NCBI GenBank assembly: GCA_965140415.1
Contig: OZ223209.1
Coordinates: 2,656,001-2,720,000, forward strand
Length of the DNA stretch: 64,000 nt
From: Myxococcota bacterium
Lineage (GTDB): Bacteria > Myxococcota_A > SURF-8
Direction: 5' to 3'
The position numbers were made by a program, and so were the translations under genes. The notes below the pieces were generated by a model that had not been told where the DNA came from, searched no databases, and saw only the letters and a list, made by a program, of their open reading frames with translations. Below are positions 57,757 to 64,000 of this stretch, one piece after another (position 1 is the stretch's first letter; each line of letters begins with the position of its first letter).

Positions 57757-59031
57757 ATGCGCGAGTTATTGGCTTTTTATCTGCCACTCGCTTTGACTCA
57801 CATGATGATGGCCGGAGGAACTCCGATCGTCAATGCAGGGATTACCCGTTTATCAAATCCAACCGAACAATTGGCAGCATTTGCGGTTACCTTTTCGTTG
57901 TCGGTATTGCTGAACAGTTTCTGCTTTGGGATTGAACCCGCCGCAGTCAAATTGATCCGGGGTGGAAGTTCATTCGGACGAGTGATTCGATTTGCTCTGC
58001 TGATCGGTTCCGTTTTAGCAGGGCTAGAGTTGATTGTTGCACTTTCGCCGCTTTCGGAACTTATTTTCGAAGGTTTATTCGGGTTGACTCCATCCGTAGC
58101 GAGGCATTCTGCACATACGCTGCTCGTGTTTTCACCCTTACCGATCCTATTGAGCTTGCGTTCCGTCGCCAAGGGGACTCTTACCGCATCCAATCTGACA
58201 GCCAAAGTGGGGTGGGGGACGTTGTTGCGCTTGACTGCAATGCTGATTATCGTTCTGATCGGGGTTTTGTTTCTTCCTTTGCCTGGTGCGGTGTTGGGTG
58301 GTTTGGCTTTTCTGGGAGGGATTCTGGTCGAATCGGTTTATACAACGAGATTTGCAACCAAGAATCTTCATCGGCTTCCCGGTGATGAAAGCGGTGAGGC
58401 GGGTGAATCCTACCGCAGTATTTTACACTTTTTGCTGCCGATTATTTTGTCTACAGCAATAGGCGTGAGCGTGAACATTTCGACCAATGCGATTCTTTCC
58501 CGAACGCAGGATTCGGTTGTAGCCGTTTCCGCTTTTTCCGTCGTTCGTTCGATCGCCTGGTTTTTGACTTCGGTTTTACTGTCCTACCAGCAATTCGTGA
58601 TCGCCCGTTCTTCAATTGATGAACGTCCCTATGTCTGGCGATTCAGCGCAACTGGCATTGTTGTAATTTCTTCGCTGCTGGGGATTATCGCCTATTCTCC
58701 GGCGGGTGATTTCATTATGACGGTGCTGCTCGGCGTTCGTGGCGATGTGTTGTTATCGGCTAGTTATGGACTGTTATGGATTCCTGTTCTACCGGTCTTA
58801 ATGGGAGCTCGATCCTATTTGCGAGGCACGGCGATTCGAGACAATCATCCGCGAGACGTCTTGTTTTCAAGTACAACTTCGTTGATATTCGGAACCGCCG
58901 TGGGTCTGGTGCTTTGCAAAATCGTTTCGGAAGGTATACTTGCAGGGCTAGCGGTTTGGTACACTGCCACACTGGCAGAAATTGTCGTGATTGCATGGTT
59001 TCGATATTCGAGACGAAAAACGGTATATTAG
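57757..59031 (+). CDS. MATE/MOP-superfamily 12-TM transporter, ANKH-like subgroup
   Basis: Two-fold internal repeat (FYLPLA...INAGITR / FLLPII...NAILSR), about 12 TM helices. Confidence 0.7.
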   Translation: MRELLAFYLPLALTHMMMAGGTPIVNAGITRLSNPTEQLAAFAVTFSLSVLLNSFCFGIEPAAVKLIRGGSSFGRVIRFALLIGSVLAGLELIVALSPLSELIFEGLFGLTPSVARHSAHTLLVFSPLPILLSLRSVAKGTLTASNLTAKVGWGTLLRLTAMLIIVLIGVLFLPLPGAVLGGLAFLGGILVESVYTTRFATKNLHRLPGDESGEAGESYRSILHFLLPIILSTAIGVSVNISTNAILSRTQDSVVAVSAFSVVRSIAWFLTSVLLSYQQFVIARSSIDERPYVWRFSATGIVVISSLLGIIAYSPAGDFIMTVLLGVRGDVLLSASYGLLWIPVLPVLMGARSYLRGTAIRDNHPRDVLFSSTTSLIFGTAVGLVLCKIVSEGILAGLAVWYTATLAEIVVIAWFRYSRRKTVY

Positions 59032-59048
59032 CCGGGATGTAGAGACAA

Positions 59049-59084
59049 ACATGGCGGGAACTGTTACTTTCCCGCCATGTGTTA
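59049..59084. terminator. Bidirectional terminator between convergent genes
   Basis: Perfect 12-bp stem ACATGGCGGGAA-N8-TTCCCGCCATGT. Confidence 0.75.
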
Positions 59085-59105
59085 TACTCGTCTGAAATCA
59101 GTGGC

Positions 59106-60203
59106 TTAGTCGGCCAGAATTAACCGCTTGAAATTATCCAGGAACCTCTCGTTATCCTCACGCAGACCTGTACTGACACGAATCGCTTTGGGACCGACCG
59201 GACGGACGATCACACCCGCCTTTTGCAGTTCCTTAAAGATGAATTCGCTATCTTTCTGCATGTCGATAAACAGGAAGTTGGTTTGTGAAGGGGGAACTGT
59301 AATCGGAAGATCACGCAAGCCGTCTTGCAGGAAAGCCAACTCCTTGGTATTGAAATCACGAGAACGCGCGACAAACTCATCATCATCCAGAGCGGCCAGG
59401 GCTCCCGCCTGTGCGACAAGGTTGACGTTGAATGGGAAGCGACAGGTCATCATTCCGGCAATGATATCCGCAGGTGCGATTCCATAGCCGCAGCGCACAC
59501 CTGCAAGACCGTAGGCTTTGCTGAATGTACGCAAAATGGCGATGCGGCGACCGGCGTGGAAATGCTTGAAGGGGTCGGGCAGATCGTCCAGGGTTACGTA
59601 CTCGTGATAGGCGTTGTCGTAAATGACCAGGGTGTCTTCTGGAACTTTGTTCATGAACTCGTCAAATTCCGTGCCGGTGAACCAAGTGCCGGTTGGATTG
59701 GTCGGATTGGCGAGAATGACCATTTTTGTGTCGGGAGTAATCAGTTTGGCCATGGCTTCTAGATCATAACGATATCCACCGTCCGTCATGGGGGACAGTT
59801 TGAGATTCGCACCGAATTTCTGTGCTACCAAGGCGTATATGGCGAAGGTTTTCTCCGATGTGACGAAGCCATCTCCGGGCTTTAAAAATGCAATTCCCAT
59901 CTGTTCGATGGCTTCGACTGATCCTGCCAATGCGATCACGTTGTTCAACTCGACATTGAATCGCTTTGCGAGCTTCTGGCGCAGGTAGTAGGAGTTGTCA
60001 TCTGGATAAAGCCAATTATTTTCAATTACGCTTTTCATGGCTTCGATGGCTTTTGGTGACGTTCCAAGCGGGTTTTCATTCGAGGCGAGTTTGGCGATTC
60101 GTCCACTTAGTCCGAGTTCCCGCTTGACTTCCTCAATAGGCTTTCCAGCAACGTAGGGCTTGAAAGATCGTAACTCTTCTCTCAACAGGTTTCGCGGTGA
60201 CAT
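59106..60203 (-). CDS. hisC: Histidinol-phosphate aminotransferase
   Basis: KLASNENP, YPD, NPTNPTG, DNAY and RTFSKAYGLAGVRCGY (PLP Lys). AAAGGA RBS before ATG 60203. Confidence 0.9.
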   Translation of the reverse strand: MSPRNLLREELRSFKPYVAGKPIEEVKRELGLSGRIAKLASNENPLGTSPKAIEAMKSVIENNWLYPDDNSYYLRQKLAKRFNVELNNVIALAGSVEAIEQMGIAFLKPGDGFVTSEKTFAIYALVAQKFGANLKLSPMTDGGYRYDLEAMAKLITPDTKMVILANPTNPTGTWFTGTEFDEFMNKVPEDTLVIYDNAYHEYVTLDDLPDPFKHFHAGRRIAILRTFSKAYGLAGVRCGYGIAPADIIAGMMTCRFPFNVNLVAQAGALAALDDDEFVARSRDFNTKELAFLQDGLRDLPITVPPSQTNFLFIDMQKDSEFIFKELQKAGVIVRPVGPKAIRVSTGLREDNERFLDNFKRLILAD

Positions 60204-60479
60204 CTGCCAGATCCTTTCATCAATAGGCATAAGAACAATCGCCCAGTGTGGCAGCAGGTTTTATAACGCACTCTTTTCTTGGGGTCAAGCACTGCTTGGA
60301 GCCATAAATGTTGTTCAATTCGAAGTTTGAAATTTCATAACAGTTACGTTAATTTATCGATTTGTGCTTTTTGGGAGATGCTACAATAAAGTCCAGAAAA
60401 TAGGTTGTCGATGATCGCGTTAATACGGTGATAGGTTGGCCGAAATCCAAGGCACTAGAAGCAAACCGCGATGGGGCGC

Positions 60480-60517
60480 ACCATAAACTATTGAAGATTA
60501 CCAGTTTATGGTATAAG
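60480..60517 (+). promoter_or_regulatory. 10-bp inverted repeat overlapping an extended -10 promoter of manC
   Basis: ACCATAAACT-N13-AGTTTATGGT; TG-G-TATAAG at 60509-60517. Confidence 0.5.
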
Positions 60518-60550
60518 TACGACAAACGAAGCGCGTTATAGGCAGGAGGG

Positions 60551-62125
60551 ATGGATATGGAATGTTGCGCACTGATTATGGCCGGAGGGCACGGAACCCG
60601 CTTCTGGCCTTGGAGCAGCGAGTTGTTACCGAAGCAGTTTCTGCCCATCGCTCATACAGACCGCTCGCTATTGCAGCAAACCTATCGGAGGGTTAAGAAA
60701 CTTGCCGATCCTGCAAGAATACTGGTTCTAACCAACCAAGAGTATACGGCCATAGTACGTACCCAACTCCCTGAACTTCCTTTGGAAAACGTTATTGGTG
60801 AGCCATTGCTGCGTGATACGGCGGCGGCAGTTGGCCTGGGAACGATTCTGGCCGCCAAGCGCTGGCCGGATGCCATTCAGATCATCCTACCTGCCGATCA
60901 CGATATTTCTCCTGAAAGCCGATTTCGAGAGGTGGTGTTAGCTGCCGCAGAAGCCGCGAAGCAGGATCGTCGCCTTTACACGATCGGGATTCGCCCAACT
61001 CGTCCTTCTTCCGCTTACGGTTACCTGAAACGCGGAGAAAAGCTTGAGGCGCAAGAAGGAATCGTTCGTGCACAGGTGGACGCATTCGTAGAAAAGCCGG
61101 ATGTCCATACCGCTCGTCAATATTTGAAAAGTGGGAACTACTATTGGAATGCAGGAATGTTCATTTGGCGAGCAGATGCCGCTCGCGATGCGTTTGCGCG
61201 CAGATTGCCGGAGCATGCTCGTCTGTTGCCGGAGGTGCTGGAAACATTTACCGTTCCGGATTTCGACAAGCGTCTGCACGATGTGTTTTTACGTTTGCCG
61301 CGCATCTCTGTCGATTACGGTGTGATGCAGGCTGAAGGTGAAGCCGGCAACGTGCGCACGGTAGAAGGCGATTTCAATTGGAGCGACCTAGGTGGTTGGC
61401 AGGCATTTTCCGAGACGCTTCAAGCGGACACGCACAATAATCGTGTTTACGGCAACGGCTTCGATTGGAATGGTAACGACTGGCAGAATCAGTGTCAACC
61501 GAGAGAACAACGAAAAGATGACAAGGATGAAGATCTGACTTTGGGTGACGTGCTGACTATGGAGTCGAACAACAATCTCGTCTTCAACAATCGACGCGGA
61601 CACCGAATTGCGTTATTTGGTGTAGATGATCTGGCCGTCGTACACACCCATGCCGTTACACTGATCACCACGCGAGAAAAAGCGGAAGCCATCAAACCCC
61701 TGGTAAATGCGATGCCGCCGGAGGAGAAATCGGGCGGGATGATCAAACCGCAAAAAGTGACCAAGCCCTGGGGCTGGGAGTTATGGTGGGGATGGAGTGA
61801 CGACTTTGCAGGGAAAACACTTTTCCTGAAAGCAGGTAAGCGCTTCAGTAAACAATACCATGTGGTGAAAGAGGAAGTTATCTACCTACATCAGGGAACG
61901 GCAAAATTGACGACTGCGGCACGTGGCGAAGAACTGACTACCATCGAAATGCAGGCTGGAGATGCCGTGCACGTTGAACCGGGCCGAATTCATCGCATCG
62001 AAGCCGTTACGGACTGTCTCTTGTTCGAGTCCAGTACTCCATTTTTATGGGATGTTGTGCGCATGTCGGACGATTTCGGGCGCGAAGGCACTCGCCAAGC
62101 AGAAATTGATACGCAGGAAGATTAG
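60551..62125 (+). CDS. manC: Mannose-1-phosphate guanylyltransferase with C-terminal cupin (PMI-like)
   Basis: IMAGGHGTRFWP, PKQFL, EP..RDTA, PADH, FVEKPD, WNAGMF, ISVDY, WSDLGGW, and cupin KPWG...YHVVKEE...H. The start may be ATG 60557. Confidence 0.92.
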   Translation: MDMECCALIMAGGHGTRFWPWSSELLPKQFLPIAHTDRSLLQQTYRRVKKLADPARILVLTNQEYTAIVRTQLPELPLENVIGEPLLRDTAAAVGLGTILAAKRWPDAIQIILPADHDISPESRFREVVLAAAEAAKQDRRLYTIGIRPTRPSSAYGYLKRGEKLEAQEGIVRAQVDAFVEKPDVHTARQYLKSGNYYWNAGMFIWRADAARDAFARRLPEHARLLPEVLETFTVPDFDKRLHDVFLRLPRISVDYGVMQAEGEAGNVRTVEGDFNWSDLGGWQAFSETLQADTHNNRVYGNGFDWNGNDWQNQCQPREQRKDDKDEDLTLGDVLTMESNNNLVFNNRRGHRIALFGVDDLAVVHTHAVTLITTREKAEAIKPLVNAMPPEEKSGGMIKPQKVTKPWGWELWWGWSDDFAGKTLFLKAGKRFSKQYHVVKEEVIYLHQGTAKLTTAARGEELTTIEMQAGDAVHVEPGRIHRIEAVTDCLLFESSTPFLWDVVRMSDDFGREGTRQAEIDTQED

Positions 62126-62135
62126 ATCTCCTGCA

Positions 62136-62657
62136 TTAAAGTTCCGATTCCATTTCCCGTTCGACATCGAACGGACTTGTAAATTTGAAGCCGCAGATTT
62201 GATATACTCTCATTGCACGATGGTTGGTGGAATCTACCGTCAACCATATTTTCTCGTATCCTATAAGAGATGCTATTTCCTTGATCAATTTTGTGAGTTG
62301 CGTACCGATTCCACGGTTTTGCCAGTCTTGATGGACCATTACTTCATATTCACAACGGATTTTCGGATCGATATCGATCAGGCAGGCATGTCCAACAACC
62401 TTGTCATTAACCAATGCCATGACATTGATCGACTCCCGCAGTATCTTTGATACCCATTGCTGACGTTTTTCCACTGCTGCCGGAGGCAAGCCCTGCGCGC
62501 TCTCTTTCGGCTCGAACTCATCATACATGGTCAGTATTTCCGCATACTCATGCTCATCGCATGGTCGCAGTTCAACCAAGGCTCCAATCTTGTCTTGAAC
62601 GTTCCGAATAAAACGTTCGTTGTTGAAAATTTGTTCCAGATCCAACCGCTGTAACAT
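62136..62657 (-). CDS. GNAT family N-acetyltransferase (single domain)
   Basis: VVGHACL, VHQDWQNRGIG (acetyl-CoA loop), N.RA..VY...GF. GAGGAG RBS. Confidence 0.9.
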   Translation of the reverse strand: MLQRLDLEQIFNNERFIRNVQDKIGALVELRPCDEHEYAEILTMYDEFEPKESAQGLPPAAVEKRQQWVSKILRESINVMALVNDKVVGHACLIDIDPKIRCEYEVMVHQDWQNRGIGTQLTKLIKEIASLIGYEKIWLTVDSTNHRAMRVYQICGFKFTSPFDVEREMESEL

Positions 62658-62793
62658 CAACTTGCTCCTCTCACTCGAATGACAACACCGGAACGCTTTG
62701 ATTCTACAATAACTTGCCTAAAAGTATGCTATATCTTTATGATGTGATGGTCGGATTCATGACGGACGAGTCACGAAGGATTATAGAAGAAGA

Positions 62794-63711
62794 ATGGCAA
62801 GGCAATCCAAACGAATTCATCCAGATCTCTTTTCCTTACGTAATTTTCGGCGCATTTTTCCGGATCAAAGTCAATTACTGCCTAGCGCACAAGATTTTGA
62901 GGATCTGCTCTCTGCTGATCATCAGGCTCGTTTGTTGCTCGGTCATTACAGTATGGAAAAAATATCCGAGCGTTTGGAACACTATGGCGTATTAGCGAAA
63001 CTAAAAGAAGAGGGGTTCGAAAAGATACTGGTTCGCTTGAATATGACCGACCCGGAACGACAACAGGTAATTATTTATTATGATCGTGTCAGCGTAGACA
63101 ACATCCTGGGTGAAATTTATTTGCATGATGGTATTTTCAGACCGCGGGCGTTGTTCATCGACAAGCAGTTGAAAAAGCGGCACTACATGCTTTATATCCA
63201 GTGGCTTACCATGCAGAACCCCACGTGTTCCTTTTCTCTTTCTCGCCCGGCGCTTCCCGGTCAACAGCATCCGGGGTTGAAAATCGGACATGAAGTCATG
63301 CATCTGCTGATCGCACTTGCCGAACGGTTGAAAATGTCCGGTATCATCAACATTCCGGAGTTTCCGCATGCTGCGGTGTTGTACTCCAGGCGCTTCCGCT
63401 TTTTCAATCCGCATGCGGAAGGACAATTACGGGCGCTACGTCGCGACTTCGTCAGCCGGAGCCTTTCCGAAACCAGTTGGGGAATCATGCTCAACTGTGT
63501 CCGCGAGGTATCCAGCGGAAAGCCATTTACCTGGTTTAAAGAAGAACAGGTTTTACCATTGGATAAGGAGTGGAACGAGTATTTTAAAAGCACGAAATAT
63601 CAGACTGCAATGCGGGCTACCTATCAGAAATCGCGTTTCTATTTCGATGAACAGTTGTTCTGTGAGATAAATCCGGTTGATGAAACAGGTGCTCCACGCA
63701 TCAGCCTGTAA
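62794..63711 (+). CDS. Conserved hypothetical protein (PALPGQxHPGL family)
   Basis: LYIQWLTMQNP...RPALPGQQHPGL...N.PEFPHAAVLY...F.FFNP. I recall this as the domain appended to deltaproteobacterial deacetylases. Confidence 0.6.
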   Translation: MARQSKRIHPDLFSLRNFRRIFPDQSQLLPSAQDFEDLLSADHQARLLLGHYSMEKISERLEHYGVLAKLKEEGFEKILVRLNMTDPERQQVIIYYDRVSVDNILGEIYLHDGIFRPRALFIDKQLKKRHYMLYIQWLTMQNPTCSFSLSRPALPGQQHPGLKIGHEVMHLLIALAERLKMSGIINIPEFPHAAVLYSRRFRFFNPHAEGQLRALRRDFVSRSLSETSWGIMLNCVREVSSGKPFTWFKEEQVLPLDKEWNEYFKSTKYQTAMRATYQKSRFYFDEQLFCEINPVDETGAPRISL

Positions 63712-63792
63712 CCGATATCCTAAGAATCACGACTAGTGCCAAGTACTATTCACCCGTTGGGCTATGACTTAAAGTTTTTCTTGAAAAAAGCT

Positions 63793-63999
63793 TTAAAAAA
63801 GGAGATACGCTGCAAAAGAACATGCAACGGGAATTGTAAAGTTGTCGTCGATGCGTGAAGTGAATACTTCGGCAACAGCTCCGGTGATTGAGATGATCAT
63901 GGCGCAGAAAAGCGCATAACCAAAGCTGAATTGAGGCAAAGCCAGCAGAATGAAGATCAAGGAAGAAATAAGTCCTACGGCAAGAAAGACGCTGGTGCC
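63793..63999 (-). CDS. 3' end of a dolichol/phytol/diacylglycerol kinase family (SEC59/DGK1-like) membrane protein; partial, absent from the ORF track
   Basis: Manual translation of the minus strand from 63999 gives GTSVFLAVG...GAVAEVFTSRIDDNFTIPVACSFAAYLLF-stop (TAA at 63795-63793). AE...DDNxxIP is the family's C-terminal signature. Confidence 0.8.
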   Translation of the reverse strand, partial: GTSVFLAVGLISSLIFILLALPQFSFGYALFCAMIISITGAVAEVFTSRIDDNFTIPVACSFAAYLLF

Positions 64000-64000
64000 G

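Noticed and set aside
60459-60512. GCAAACC...GGCGCA resemblance to a c-di-GMP-I riboswitch
   Set aside because: The first stem is too short, the GCAAAG junction is absent, and the following dyad fits an operator better.
1-64000. CRISPR arrays, tRNA/rRNA genes, transposases, integrases, prophage genes, sigma54 promoters
   Set aside because: No repeat-spacer pattern, cloverleaf, DDE or recombinase motifs, or convincing TGGCAC-N5-TTGC site was seen on reading. The excisionase-like HTH at 12084 is part of a PilZ fusion, not a mobile element.

Overview
A 64-kb bacterial chromosome segment, roughly 50-55% GC by eye. Gene content points to a deltaproteobacterial or Myxococcota-like organism (MYXO-CTERM-type sorting tail, acidic DGD-linker lipoprotein, tamB-omp85 pair). 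The left end is housekeeping: partial ihfB, a lipoprotein, miaB, DUF151, a CDP-alcohol phosphatidyltransferase and miaA-mutL, followed by a giant lipase-fold lipoprotein and an EamA transporter. About 12-41 kb is a surface-polysaccharide island. Its plus-strand genes encode an HTH-PilZ protein, a MYXO-CTERM-tailed secreted protein, a soluble hybrid kinase (PAS-HisKA-REC-REC-Hpt), a STAS/RsbW-like pair and a REC-PP2C phosphatase. Its minus-strand genes encode wzx, three FemAB/BcsL-type GNAT modules, a GT2 fused to a GlnD-like nucleotidyltransferase, a cytoplasmic alkaline-phosphatase-superfamily phosphodiesterase, four GT4s, wzc, a short wza and two priming-transferase fusions with several degenerate active sites. 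No wzy and no outer-membrane barrel are visible in the island. The right part holds an ECF sigma/anti-sigma/Spy triad, a HEAT lipoprotein plus GNAT-like gene, a two-gene fragment of the GAK ATP-grasp system, an orphan lipoprotein, tamB-omp85, a MATE/ANKH-like exporter, hisC, manC, a GNAT, a hypothetical gene and the 3' end of a polyprenol kinase that is not in the ORF track. I found no rRNA, tRNA, CRISPR array or mobile element. The best candidate for an undescribed system is the GT2-nucleotidyltransferase plus phosphodiesterase pair, a possible writer/eraser module inside a partner-switch-controlled EPS locus. All family calls come from reading motifs, not from database searches.
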